NCBI RefSeq assembly: GCF_009914755.1
Contig: NC_060929.1
Direction: 5' to 3' (one strand)
Source: the human T2T-CHM13v2.0 reference genome, Homo sapiens
Length of the DNA stretch: 64,000 nt
A model generated the notes under the pieces. The model did no database searches. It had not been told where the DNA came from and saw only the letters and a program-made list of their open reading frames with translations. A program made the position numbers and the translations under genes. Of the stretch, positions 35,751 through 50,221 are shown one piece after another. Position 1 is the first letter of the stretch. Each line of letters opens with the position of its first letter.

Positions 35751-38197
35751 ACCTTCATGCTTAGTCCAAGCTATGTCTTATGTCCACTCCAAACTAGATG
35801 CACAAATATTTGAGACCTTTTATTTTGCTACTTACCCTTGCTCAGTTGGATTCTTATCACCAAATTAATGCAAGCTTTTTTATGAATTCCTAAGAAGGAA
35901 GTAACCATTGTTAATTCTCTTAAGGGAATCTTAGCATTTGACTCAGTAAAGCATGTAAAAGTGACCTGCTGATTCTTTTACATGAATGTCTCTTCACCAC
36001 TTCAGACCCAACATGCTCCTCATCTAAGTGTATAGTTTTCCCTAAACACAGGGTCCTCTTCTGGATGCCTTGTCTCTGTTTATATTATCACGCTATCCTC
36101 TGTCTCACCCATACTTGAAACCTTTGAGTTTTAGACAATAAAGCTTAGTCTAATCAATAATTGCAATTAAAAAGTATGGAGCAAGGATGGCAGATTATTT
36201 TGTTTAACCCTATCAAAATGTTCTATAAAATATGAAAGAGCATTTCTAATAATACTGTTGTTCTCTGAATTCAAAATTTCACCAGTTTTCACTGATTGCA
36301 AAAGTCCATAATGTCTCTATGAAATGCTAAACTGCATGGGACAAAATAACAGCTAATGGCTAAAGAATATTGAATGTATAAACAAGGAATACTGGAGCCT
36401 CATAAAAGCATGATTATAAAACATGAGCCAATTGACTTCATCTATCCACTCCCATGCAAAGAGTTGTTAATCATTAAACTATGAAAATAATATCATTGTC
36501 ATTTTCAATTAAAAGTGTATCCATTATTTTGGACCCTGCAGTGTCTGTAAGATGTAATTTTATTTTTCTCTGAGTGTATGCACAATCCAAATATATTTTG
36601 TCTGATTCAGCCTTCTTAAGTGAGATAATATTTCTTACTTAACTACTTGAAGACCTTCTGGGGGTCTGAAAACTCATTATGATAAATTAACATAAGTGGC
36701 TCATGGCTTAGGTAAGGCAAACAAAAATCTAGTGTATGTACATATATGTATAAATTCATACACACACAGACACATATATGTGAACACCACACATTGAATG
36801 ATAAAGGCTAAATTAAATATTCCACTTCAAAGTATATCTCCTAGAAACTCTCCTGGAACCTAGTATTTCAGTCTTTATAATGGTGTCATGGCTCAGAAAC
36901 TGATTATAAAGATATGATAATTCAGGAAATTAAGGAATGCATGCCAGCTACACTCTCAGCAGGTATTCCTTCCAACAGAACAACTAGCACAGCTGGTCGG
37001 CTCAGCCCAAGTGCAGACACAGCACCGGGTCCCACTTCAAAATCACTCCTCAGCATATCAGCGATTTCACATTTCAATCTTAGCAAAATAGTCTTTTAAG
37101 AAAAGTGTTCCTTTTAAGGTATTATTTCAACTCTGTGCTGGAATATGGAAGGGTCTTATAAGAAATATAACGACTTCTCTCATTTCACAATATGAATTAA
37201 ACAACAAGCTGAAATTTTCAACTGTTTTTAATTCAAGATGATTAGTCAGTAATATAAGTCAAGCTTATAATAGGATTTCTTTTATTGTATCAATTTTCTT
37301 CTTTGCAAAATGAACATAAAAATTTTTTTTACCAAAATTTGCCCCCCAAAAATCATTAGATGCTAATGACTGCTTATTTCTCTTCTCTTCTGGTTTTTAT
37401 TAGCTTCAAAAATAATTTTATTGTGCACTTTAGCTGTGTTCTTAAACATTTTGACAATAAACAACTTACCCATTAGGAACTAAGCCAATTAGATGATGTT
37501 TAAGGCAATATTTATTCTGAAATGTTATGATTCAAAGATTATTTAATTAAACAACTCATCCTATAGAATCTTCAAGTATTTTTCCCATCAAACTGAGATA
37601 GTAGCTATTCATAAGTTAAAAAACTCGCCTAGACCTGAATTTCACCACCAATCTTAGATAGAGGAACTATTTGATGGTGAGATGGCAATAGAAAGGATAT
37701 TTTTAAAAAAGGCTTAGGTCAGCTACACATAGCCTAATCCACAAAAAACTGGGTTAACTCTAAAGAGTAGAAATCTAAATTGGCATTTCTTATAATTTTT
37801 AATAAATAAATATGGATTTTTTTTTAATTCTTAGTATATGAAAGTACACAAACCTGCCAGTGTTCCTATAAAGTATTTAAACTCAAAAACTTAAACTCTG
37901 GGGATATATGTCTTCTTTCTTACCACCACTCAGATTTATCTCCATTGAGGTAAAGATAGCTATAGCAAAAGAACACTTAGTTTTAAAATATGACTGCCTC
38001 TTGGTATGATACTGTGTATCTTAATTTTAATTAATCTCTTCAGTTATCAATTTCTGTAAAATGGGCATAGTAATACTTCAAAGGGTTTTCATGAAAGTTA
38101 ATGAAATAAGCATGTAAAGAACCTGGAGCAATGCCTAAAACCTGATATTAATGACTAACGTTTATTGAGCACATACTGTGTCATTTGGATTTACCAA

Positions 38198-39226
38198 TTG
38201 TAGCAGATGGCTAGGATGAATCCCTTTACATACTTCCGGCACCCTGATTTTAGCTCAGCTTTCGATTGACAGTTCTATACGCACTGCCAGGACCCCTATC
38301 AAGTTGCCATGATGTTTTTGCTTTGCACCACAAGGCTTTCCCTAGAGCCAAGGAAGACAGATCAGCCGTTTAGAGGTACAGCCCAGATGTGAGGGAAAGT
38401 TACCTCCCTGGGAAAACTTTCAACCAATGAGAAACATAACGTACTGGATGAAATCCCCAGCCTCCACTTTCTCTGGTGCTATGGTCCCCAACCTTTTTGG
38501 CACCAAAGACTGGTTTTGTGGAAGACAATTTTTCCATGGATGAGGTCAGCGGAAGATGGTTTCGGGATGATTCAAGTGCATTATATTTATTATGTACTTT
38601 ACTTCTATTATTACTACATGATAACATACAATGAAATAATTCTACAACTCACAATAATTTAGAATCAGTGGGAGCCCTGAGTTTGTTCTCCTGCAACTAG
38701 ACAGTCCCATCTGGGGGTGATGGGAGATAGTGACAGATCATCAGGCATTAGATTCTCATAAGGAGCTCACAACTGAGGTCCCTGGCATGTGCAGTTAATA
38801 ATAGAGTTCGAGCTCCTATAGAATCTAATGACGCCGCTGATCTGACAGGAGGTGGAGCTCAGGTAGCAATGGGAGTGACGGAGAGCGACTGTGAATCCAG
38901 ATGAAGCTTCACTGGCCTGGCGGCTGCTCACCTCCTGCTGTGAAGCCCAGCCCGATTCCTAACAAGACTTGGACAAGTATCAGTCCACGGCCTGGAGGTG
39001 GGGGACCCCTGCACTGGTGGGACAATTCTGAAGTACCTCTTAGAAGGCCACCTGGTATTATCAGTTGCTCATAGTAGCAAACATTTTATTAATTCATTCT
39101 CTACTGGCTTTACTCCCTTCCCTCTCTCCTTCATTCTTTTCTTTGGTTTTCTAAGATCATCTCTCAAATAAGCAAATACAGCCAGATTCCTAGGCTTTAC
39201 CTTCTAAGTAACTCAACCTAAGACAA
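38198..39226 (+). mobile_element. ERVL LTR16-like, split by MER1A
   Basis: CAACCAATGAGA...CCCCAGCCTCC | GTGGGACAATTCTGAAG...GATCATCTCTCAAATAA...CAACCTAAGACA. Confidence 0.6.
38479..39011 (-). mobile_element. MER1A hAT-Charlie DNA transposon
   Basis: TIRs ..GGTCCCCAAC / GTGGGGACCCCTG; ~530 bp; 8-bp TSD CTCTGGTG/CACTGGTG. Confidence 0.9.
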
Positions 39227-39450
39227 GTACTTAGCATGTGCCAGATACTGTTCTAAGTACTTTATATGATTAACACATCTAGCCCTCACAATAAAACTAA
39301 GATGTAGCTACTATTTTGAGTCTTATTTTATACATATGGAAACTTAAGATTAAGTACATTTCCTAAGGTTTCACAGCTAAAAAGTGACAAAGCTAGGATT
39401 CATATCCTGTATACCCAGTTACTTCATAATTTAAGTCACTACACCTCTTG
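39227..39450 (-). mobile_element. MIR
   Basis: ATGTGCCAGATACTGTTCTAAGTACTTTATATG...CCTAAGGTTTCACAGCTA...GGATTCA. Confidence 0.7.
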
Positions 39451-39484
39451 CACTAAGTGCTCCATATTGTTAGAATTATGTTGG

Positions 39485-39618
39485 TGGCTTCTTAATAACT
39501 AAGATAACTGAGTGCCAAACAAGACATACTGAATCAGAAACTGACAGCAAAGGCTGAGATTACAGTGCTCATTAAGCTCCCCAAATGATTCTTATGCACA
39601 CTAAAGGTGCACAGACTG
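39485..39618. mobile_element. MER5A-like hAT fragment
   Basis: ACTGAATCAGAAACT...AAGCTCCCCAAATGATTCTTATGCACACTAAAG. Confidence 0.6.
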
Positions 39619-39619
39619 G

Positions 39620-40120
39620 CTAATGTAAGCTATTATTTTGAAGGTACAGGTGAACATTCTTAACATCAACCAGAAGTGGCAATTAGCAGATTTGCCTGGC
39701 TTCCACTAAATATATTTAATATATAGCTGTATTAAAAGTTTGCATAAAGAAGCTACCTGTAACCCCAAACTTAAGCTGTATCATAAGAAAAAGAAAAGGC
39801 AGTGGCCCCATAACAGATTAAAACAACCAATTAGCCATTGTTTGGGGCAGAAGGGAATAATTGTTAGTCACAAGCATCCTGACCACAACTTGAAATCACC
39901 ATGGGCTACCAGGGAGAGAAGATGAGAGGAAACACTCAATAAACAGACCCAATAAGTTAAGGAACATAGAAGATGATAGCGTCTGGAAAATGCCCTAGTG
40001 TAGACCCATCATTCCCTGATGATGCTCAGTGAAGGTAGTAATTAGATTAGGTAATAACCACAGCTCTCTGAGTCTTTAGCTACTTGAATTGCTTTAGGAA
40101 TAACTTTATGCTACCTAGAT
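39620..40120 (+). repeat. Left arm of ancient inverted duplication (partner 41860-42851)
   Basis: perfect reverse-complement blocks: 39872-39890/42368-42386, 39762-39776/42473-42487, 39620-39631/42840-42851. Confidence 0.85.
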
Positions 40121-40419
40121 TTGCCACCTTTATTTTAAGTTAGGAATCAGAAACTCATTTTTTCTTGATTACAGTGAATGTCAAGGAAGTTATAAAGATA
40201 CTGTAAACCCAACCAGAGTCCTCCTCTGCCCTTGCTGAAAAGTCCATAATTGAACATGTGTAAGCTAAGCACTAGGCAAACACCGTCTTATTTAAATTAG
40301 ACCTGTGAAGTCAGTAACGTTCTCTAGACTATATGGATAGTGGGATTTTAAATAACTTGCCCAGCTGCAGTGTAGTATACGAAAGTAGAGCCAAGATTTG
40401 CATTCAAAGCTAGTAAGTG

Positions 40420-41790
<1,371 letters not shown>

Positions 41791-41859
41791 GAGTATTTTC
41801 TCAAATTTACCTAAGACTCATATTGATGCTAGTTTACTAATTATCTTCAATTTTCAGTA

Positions 41860-42851
41860 GTTTAGTGGCATAAACTTTTTTAATCTAAGTATGCTGAAAA
41901 AATTGCAGTTAAACTACATTTGTTGAACATCATCAGGAAATAACATAATCTACATTCGAGCATTTTTCAGATGCTACCCCTATGGGTACCGCATTAAAAC
42001 CAATTAACAATTTAGATATTTTTTGCCTAACACATATTACATACTTCCTTACCTTCTTAAGTAGTATATTAAATGCACTTCAACTTTCAGATCTCAGCCC
42101 AAATGTCACTTCCTCATGTACTCTTCCCTGAGCCCTCTGTAGAAGTCAAGTCCCTATGTTATATGCCTTTATAGTTTAACATATTGTTTAAAAAGGGAAT
42201 ATTTGATCTTTGCATTAATTTTACTATGCTATAATTTATAAATGCTTTTTTGGAACCAATGAAGCCTACGCATAGATATGTCTCCCTTCCCTAAATAGTT
42301 AAATAGTTCCCTCCTACTGTTTTGCTTAAATTACTATGACTTTTTTTTTTTGTAATGTCTTCTTTAGAGTTGTGGTCAGGATGCTTTTGTCTAATAAACT
42401 CCTCCTTCCGCTCCCATACAATTTCCAGTTTGCTCCTTTCGCCTATGTTGCCATTACCTGTTTTGTAAAATGGCTTAAGTTTGGGGTGATGAGTAGTTTC
42501 TATATGCATATTTATTATGCAGATGTAGTAAATCAATATAGTAAAGCCAGGCAAATTTGCTGACTACCATTTCTGGTTGACATTAAGAACCTTCAAGCCT
42601 GGACAGCAAAGTAAGATCCCATCTCTACAAAAAAAATTTATAAATTAGCCAGGCATGGTGATGTGTACCTGTGGTCCTAGCTACTTGGGAGTCTGAGGTG
42701 GGTGGATTGTGTGGGCCCAGGAGGTTGAGGCTGCAGTGAGCTGCAATTGCACCACAGCACTCCTTCCTGGGCAACAAAGCAAGAGCCTGCTTCAAAAACA
42801 AAAACAAAAATAACTTAATCTATGCCTTCAAAATGGAACAGCTTACATTAG
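41860..42851 (-). repeat. Right arm of ancient inverted duplication (contains L2 piece and AluJ insertions)
   Basis: see left arm; also 41925-41975 matches the reverse complement of 39975-40030. Confidence 0.8.
42596..42811 (+). mobile_element. 5'-truncated AluJ
   Basis: CCCATCTCTACAAAAAAAATTT...GGAGGTTGAGGCTGCAGTGAGCTG...A-tail. Confidence 0.85.
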
Positions 42852-44162
42852 TGGGTCCAAAATAGCTGATGATAAGTATCATATAGAGAAGGAGCTAAGA
42901 TGGCTTCAGAGACCTTCTCCCTCTGTTTTTTGATTCATATTCAACAACAATTTATATCACAAGGACATGGGTGCAGAAAAGAAAGAAAGGAATAAAAGAT
43001 GAGTTAATGTGTGGGATATCGCTGTGGGTAAAGGGGGCCCAGCCCACTGGGCATCATCTGAGCAACCACGTGGAGCAACTCAGAAGTCTCTTACCTGAGG
43101 ATACAAAAGCTCTGGCATTTATCCGTGGATTCCCTTGACCCACTGGAGGCTTTAACTACTTCTCACTTCTGGGTTGCCCCTGCTGTGGCTGAGTAAGCTC
43201 CTGTGAAGCTGGAGAAAACTCTCAGCCAGACAGAAGAAACATTGGGACGTTCGAGGGGGAAACTGCCTACTTTGGGAAGGGGAAGATAATATATGCATTG
43301 CAAGATAACTCAGGATGGACCTGGATACTAAATGCCAGTGGTATCTCCAATTCATTGTGACTTCAAGAAAGATGCCCACAAATTTTTAAAATACATCCTA
43401 AGTTATCACCCCCTCAGATAACCACTTGTACATGCATTTAATAAATAATTTGTTGAATAAGTTACCTAATTAGTATAAATATGAATTTTTTCTCCCCTAA
43501 ATCTTTTGCAATTATAGTATAAGATGTACGAGTTTAGGGACTGAAGTTACTTTATATTTTCAATGAACAATAGTTTGAAGGAGATTTTTTCAAAGCAGGT
43601 AACTGCTTGAATTTAGAGTCCACAATTTTTCCTCAGATTTAATTTATTTAAAAACAGACTAGAAGTAATCCTCAGCAATTATCATTCCTGGAAACTAAAT
43701 CTGTATCTTTACCTGGTGTATTAAATGAATCAAAACATTATACTACCATCATTTCATATTAAATTAGGCTACTAATTTTAAAAGTCACAAACACACACAA
43801 TTTTTGCTTTGTGCCAAAAAGCTAATTTTAGAGGCATAGTGGTGAGTTATGCAGTGGTTTTTTAAAGAAATAAATCTACCAGGTGCTAGAAATATATAAT
43901 ATAAACCACTGTAATTTACAGGGTACATGTAACCTTGTATAGCCATTCGTGCTGGTGGTAGATTTGAAAAGTTAGAGTAGGCCCAGGCAGTAATCGACAT
44001 GATGCTTGTCAATTCAACCCTCAGTAGATAATAATTCATGTGACTTTCCAGAATGTTTTATCACTTGGCTCTTACAGAGGGAGAAATGTTTTCTGGCTTC
44101 CCTATAAAACATAAGACCCAAAGCTTCTCAGTTTCTGTTTTCTGGTTAGAAAAATAGAACGA

Positions 44163-44237
44163 GGCCAGGTGCAGTGGCTCACGCCTGTAATCCCAACACT
44201 TTGGGAGGCCTAGGTGGGTGGATCACCTGAGGTCAGG
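44163..44237 (+). mobile_element. Alu 5' fragment (first ~75 bp only)
   Basis: GGCCAGGTGCAGTGGCTCACGCCTGTAATCCC...GGATCACCTGAGGTCAGGA, then abrupt purine microsatellite. Confidence 0.9.
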
Positions 44238-44325
44238 AAAGAAAGAAAGAAAGAAAAAGGAAGGAAGGAAGGAAGGAAGGAAGGAAGGAAGGAAGGAAGG
44301 AAGGAAGGAAGGAAGGAAAGAAAAA
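44237..44325 (+). repeat. (GAAA)n + (GGAA)15 microsatellite
   Basis: GGAA run 44259-44318. Confidence 0.95.
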
Positions 44326-45876
44326 TCAAAGCCAATGAGTTAATTTTTTTATTCCAAACCATACCATGAATACCTAGATTCCGGTAGCACATTTTCTGAG
44401 GCAAACAGAGCCCTTGAGTTTAGGGTTGTGCTTTTCTTAAAAGAGTGTTTGTTACCTCTAATGCCTGAACTCAGCATTACCTTTAAGCCAGTCACCGTGC
44501 CAGTTTCCAGTTGTGACTAATCTTTACTTGCTGGAACTCTAAACTGTTACAAATGCACCATATATGTATGTTTTAATTATGGTAATCATTGAGCCCTGAC
44601 AGTCACTCAAAGAGGGCATTCTATATTCCCAGGCAGCACAAGAGGTGTCAGAACAGCATGCCTTTAGTTGGCTACCTTCTTCATAGCACGTTTGCTTCAG
44701 TCACAGACTCAGTGTCCTGTACCCATGTGGTCTGACTAATCTTACTGGTCCTACAATTATTTTGTCACTGTGATGGCTGAAGGGTAATCTAAGAAAGGTA
44801 GTGTTTGTTTTTTGTTGTGTGTATTTTTTTTTCTTTTTTATATTGATGGTTCTGTCTGGCAGAATCTAAAGTACTACTAGTGGCAGATATTCTATTTTTT
44901 ATGTGTATTGTACTATTCTTCAAAAGCAGAATTGTAGACGAAGGACAAACAAAATAGAACTTGCTATAAGATGATGTTCTGGACAGAAGCTATGCACTTT
45001 TTGTTATGCCTACTTGCATAAAAGAAAAGGAATAAAGAAAGAAGGAGGGGGGTAATTGATAACATTTTAAATGTGATATTTTAGTAAATTAGCCCAACCA
45101 CTGCATTCAGAAAATGTCATTTGTGCAAAAATATCAACATGTTAAAATATGCAGAAAGGAATCCTTTCCTTTTTAAGTTTTCTTAAAGCTACTAAATAGA
45201 TTTTTTAATACCTAAAATGTCTACAGTTTCCCATTTTGTTAGAATGAAATCATTTATCTGTGGTGTAACTTCAGAGGTTATTTTTTTAATATGAGAAATA
45301 AACCATCAAGGTACATAGTAAAATGAATCTGGAAATATGTTAATCTCCTACTTATTCAACTGTACTAGAGATTTAATATTGATATTGCTGGGAGCTGAAC
45401 AAGAGCCAAACTAATTCCACAAAAGTGCTCTATCTGCATATTAACTACTGAAAATGCACAGAGATACAATCCTATTTATGCTACTCTGCAGCATTTGATG
45501 TGATTTAGTTTTGCAATCTCTTCAGCTTTTTAAATGTGCTGCTATACCTCCTCCCACTTAACCTGGAGAGAGGGATGCTCCTTTAAGTCAAACTTTAGAA
45601 CACCCTACATTATACATTTTGAAAATGTAAATATTTATAGAAAAGAGAATTCATTTCATCTCACGGCCTTATACATTTCTTTTATCCCAATGTATAATAC
45701 ATTGGGATAATTCAGTGGGTGTCCACTGAATTATGAATTTTCTTGAGAAAATAAATAAATAGGTTGCTTCCTTTATCCAGTCAAGTATGGCTGGATCATG
45801 TTTTTGACACACAGAGTCACTAGCAGCCTTCTTGAGATAAAAATACAGATTTCAGATTATAGTCTGCAATTAAGGT

Positions 45877-45889
45877 TGACGTGACGTCA
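45877..45889. promoter_or_regulatory. Full CRE palindrome TGACGTCA (45882-45889) with adjacent TGACG half-site
   Basis: TTGACGTGACGTCAAAA; two CpGs retained in CpG-poor unique DNA. Confidence 0.35.
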
Positions 45890-47838
45890 AAATTTAATCA
45901 GCAGCAAACAAAAGATAAATTACTTTTCTCATTTTGTAATTTCTGAGATTGGGCATGATGCACCATAGAAAGTAAGTTTAATTTCTGTGTAATAGCAATT
46001 TCCAGAACTGATCTTAAAAGTCTCAACTTATCTTTGAAAATTTTATTTTCTTCATAAATTAAATGACAATTTTTAAAAATGACTTTGCAAAAGGAGCCAT
46101 AAGAAGATTACCTTAGTTCACAGATTCACAATGGAAGTTTTAAGAAGATATAAAAGAATTTTCCTAGAATGACAAGTAGCATATTCTGGAAGAAAGAAGG
46201 CATGCTAGGGCATTTCCAGCATTATATTGTAGTAAAAACATATACATATAAACACACACATATATAATAGTTTTCATAATACTATCTCAATACCGGAAAG
46301 CTTGACACAATCTTGGGTGAAGGTACTACTATGTAACACTTTGAGGGGGCATAGCCCAAAGAGCATAGTAGAAAACGCTGAGATTGAAAGATTCACGTGT
46401 ATTGAAAGGAAAAATACCTTTTAAGTAATAGTGAAACTTATCTTTCAATCATATATTTTACTGGTGCCTATAAAAGTAAATTTGATTTATTGAGACTCAG
46501 ATATGCACACAATGTTTAAGAATTGAATTTAGCTATTGAATAAGTGAAGTGTAACAGTATACGGGAATCTCCTGGAATCAGGAAGGAAGAAAATCCCCCA
46601 TCCACCTGTGTCCTCTATTTCTCATTTTCTCAGGTGTAAAAATGTTGTCACAATACCCTTTAGCCATAGTTATGCTGTTAATCTTTTTCTTTTTTGCTTG
46701 TTTGGTTTTGGTTTTGGTTTTCTTTCCTCCAGCGAATAACTAAGTAAAGGAACTGCTTTTGATTAGGACCAAGGAAAAGATTAATTGGCTGCCCTGTTAT
46801 GTTCTTTTAACCAATAAAATCTTTATTCTTTTTCATATTTTAGGCGAACTGCCTATCAATCAATGCTTTTATTTTCATCCAAAAAAGAACATATTGCAAA
46901 CAAGAAATTGCATTCCTGGCTCACATAACTCCAGATAGTGTTTTTCTTTCTCAGTTTATACTACCCCTCATAGACCAGGGAGCTAAAAGCTGACTTAATC
47001 GGTCTGAGTCTAAACCTGAAAAAGAAGCTTCTTGAAATATAAGATTTCTCTCCTTCCACAATTTTCCAAAGTCATTGTAGCATGGGAAACCTCAACACAC
47101 ACTCTGCAGAAGATTCAGTGATTTTTTTCAATGTGTACAAATACGCATTTAGATTTTTTCAATATTATTATCAGAGAGAATGCTTCAATTCTGAAATAAT
47201 GCTTATACCCAAGAATGGTAAAATAACAGAACTGCATTTCAAGTGCAAATATTGATAATAAAGAGTGAACACTTGCAAAATTAAAGGAAATCAAGATAAT
47301 TTGAATACCCCTGAAGGACAGGGATCCAGAAACTAATGTTTAAGGTGGCTCTGCAGTATTTGGAATCTCTGCATAATGAATAATATGGGCAATTTCCTTT
47401 GCATATTGTTTTTTCTCTTTTCATTTATTCATCATACAATGCATATGTATCAATGTGACTAGGTTACAGCTTTTCCAGGATTGTACACCAGCTTGCTATA
47501 ATTACATTGTAATATAAATGGCTGAAAAGAATTTGCCTCAGTCAATTGGTGACCTTGATTTATTTTTCCAGGTCATGAAGAGCCATCTTTGAACCTCATC
47601 AAAAATTCTGACTTAATAGCAGGTGTCAGCCTTTAATATTCCTCTAGTTGTCACAATCAGGCTTGTCAGAAAACAATCCTACAAAAATAATAAAACAAAT
47701 TGAATAAAATTTTATTTTTCCATTTTAAAGTGTTTTACAAGTTATAAATAAAAGAAAATACAGCTTATATGACACAAGACAAAAGGGAAAGAGGAAAAAT
47801 GTTTTCCATAAACTCTTCATACTCTCTATATTCCTTTG

Positions 47839-47950
47839 AAAGCAGCAGATTGAGTGGGTTTTTGTGAATTTATAAGAGAGTATCTAAAGCTTCCATATTC
47901 CTGGTTACCTTTCTGAGAACAGCACATCACTTAAAACTGCATCTGTTTTA
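47839..47950 (+). repeat. ~110 bp dispersed direct repeat, copy 1 (copy 2 at 50222-50330)
   Basis: 31-bp identical core TATTCCTGGTTACCTTTCTGAGAACAGCACA at 47896-47926 and 50276-50306. Confidence 0.9.
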
Positions 47951-48740
47951 AGATGTTACAATCCTTCTTAGTGTTAGAGCAAATCTTTCAAATGTTATTA
48001 CATTTACAGCTGCATAGTACATTCAAGTACTGTCACATTAGAGAAATCCTAGACTGCTGGCCATCCTTTCTGTAAAAGCATGTGATCAAATTTGAGCCCA
48101 GGTTGTAGAGTCAACATTCCTGTGTCAAGGCAAATTTGGAGCTGATGAAAACAAGCCTAGGCTTGCTTATCAATCTGAGATAAATAAATGTTCCAGTTGG
48201 GCACACACGTTTTAAATAAGAATTTGATAGAGACCCCACTTTCCAGAACAAATTCACCCAAGCATTTTTAACTTGTAGTTATCTGGGGCAGTTCTCTGTG
48301 ATGGACTGCAGTGAGACAAAGACATGGTGTGGGGCCTTCAAAGTTGAAAGGAAGAGAAATCAGTGAACCTCAAATGGCAGCTACCTCCATTGAAGCTGGG
48401 TAATTGTATTTGCCCATTCAGAAGGGACCTCCTGAGCTCCAGGCACATAGCCCTTTGAGACCCCAGAGCCAAGCTCATAGAATTGGAATGACCTCTTTTT
48501 ACCACATGACTCTAGGGTTATGATTCCTCTTTTACATGTTTGGGAGGGATGACCAATGGGGTAATTCACTCCCGGCTACTGTTACTCTCTCATTCATTCT
48601 GACATCCTGCTCCCAAGGACTCTATTCTAAGTCAGGAGGCACATTTGTGACACTCAGGGTTTCAAGGAAAGCTACTAACTTCTGCTCAGGATGCTGACTT
48701 GATCACAAGAAACTGATAACAGATTTGAGGTTGGATATAG

Positions 48741-48903
48741 CCAGAAATGTGCTGGTATTAATAAAATGTTTAACAACCATCCCTCCCAGAAAAGGCATGG
48801 CAATTTCTCTGGTATGGCTAATTTCAAAGTACCGACATAATGAGGTCAGGAAGCTAGGAAGAGATGCAAGCAATTGTCTCAACCAGCTGCAGCACACCAC
48901 TGC
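48741..48903 (-). mobile_element. MER63-like hAT element
   Basis: TGTGCTGGTA...AAATGTTTAACAACC ... CAGCACACCACTG termini. Confidence 0.6.
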
Positions 48904-49039
48904 ATATAGGTCTTAAAGTTCAGGAAACCATTCATCTCCATGCCAGAGTTCCTTATCTGTTAACAGTAAACTCTTGTTAACTCTTAAGATTCTCATATGA
49001 GGAGAAGTAACAAAAAGAAATTTGTATAAAATGTTAATA

Positions 49040-50220
49040 GGACGTGCAAAAAAAAACCACAAGTCTAAGAGCGTCCCACTGACTAAACATAAGACAATTT
49101 ATGCTTTTAAAAAATGCTTGTATGAGTTATACACCATTGAATAAAATAAAAATCCATGAGTACATATTTAAACAAATAAATGAATAAGGGACCAGGGAAA
49201 ACTATTCCTTAATATAGAAACCCAACTAGTAAATGTTCAAGGAATGGTGAATTAGAAAACCATCATTGTGCAATAAACAGTAATTGACTAGGGCAAGAAT
49301 AAAACATTTGTAGACAAAAAAATTTATGTGTATTCAAAATATCTTTTCACATATAACATATTAATTACCTAGAGAAAATTACCCACTTCTTTAAAGTGAA
49401 GAAATGGAAGATAGTACCTTAAAGGAATGATCAAAATTAACGATCACCAATAATATGGATAAAAACAAAACAAACAAACACACAATGACAACAAAATAAA
49501 ACAAGATGTGCTTCCAGGTGTGATGAAGGATGCAATATTTGATTTCTGTGGAATTTTTGCCAAAAATGCATAAATTGAATCTAATTATGAGAAAACATCA
49601 GACAAAATATCAAAGTCATCAGTTATGCTACAATATAACTCACATATACTCTAAAATATGCTAAAGTAATAAGAATGAGAGGGAAAAAGAAGACCAAGGA
49701 ACTATTTCTGATTCAACAAGTCTAAAAGACAGATGACAACTCAAGACAATGAGTGATCTTAGACTGAAAATAGCTAGAAAAGGACAGTATTGAGACAAGT
49801 GGTGACATCTGAAATACTGACTGTGAATTAGGTAATCCATGCATCATATAAAAATCCTTGTTAATTTCTTTATTTTGATAATTGTATTGTAGTTATATAA
49901 GAGAATATCCTTTTTCTTAGTACACACTGAAGTATTCAAGAATTAAAAGGACATGAGATCTGCACCTTGTTCTTTCTCTCTCATGTATATATAATGTGTG
50001 GATAGATTTAGATACCATTCTTTCTTATATATGTATGAGAGATATATAAGAAAAATGCATATATATAAATATAGAGAGACAGATAAAGACAGAAAGAGAC
50101 AGAATGGTGAAGCAAATTTAATCTTTGATGAACTTAGGTGAAGAGGAGATTGTAATTCTTTACCTTATTTTTGCAATTGTTTTGTTAGTTTGAAGTTGAA
50201 GTAAAAGAAAATTATTTTTA
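49040..50220 (+). mobile_element. Old L1 3' region (L1MC4/L1MC5-like)
   Basis: AATCCATGAGTACATATT...GCCAAAAATGCATAAATTGAATCTAATTATGAGAAAACATCAGACAAA...TTTTGATAATTGTATTGTAGTTATATAAGAGAATATCC. Confidence 0.8.
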
Positions 50221-50221
50221 A

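Noticed and set aside
39740-39925. Two similar peptides (HKHPDHNLK / QKHPDHNSK in 42291-42554) suggesting paralogous genes
   Set aside because: Similarity reflects the DNA inverted duplication; frames are not maintained and there is no exon structure
49975-50060. 12-bp inverted repeat TTTCTTATATAT/ATATATAAGAAA
   Set aside because: Within the low-complexity TA/GA part of the L1; expected by chance in such sequence
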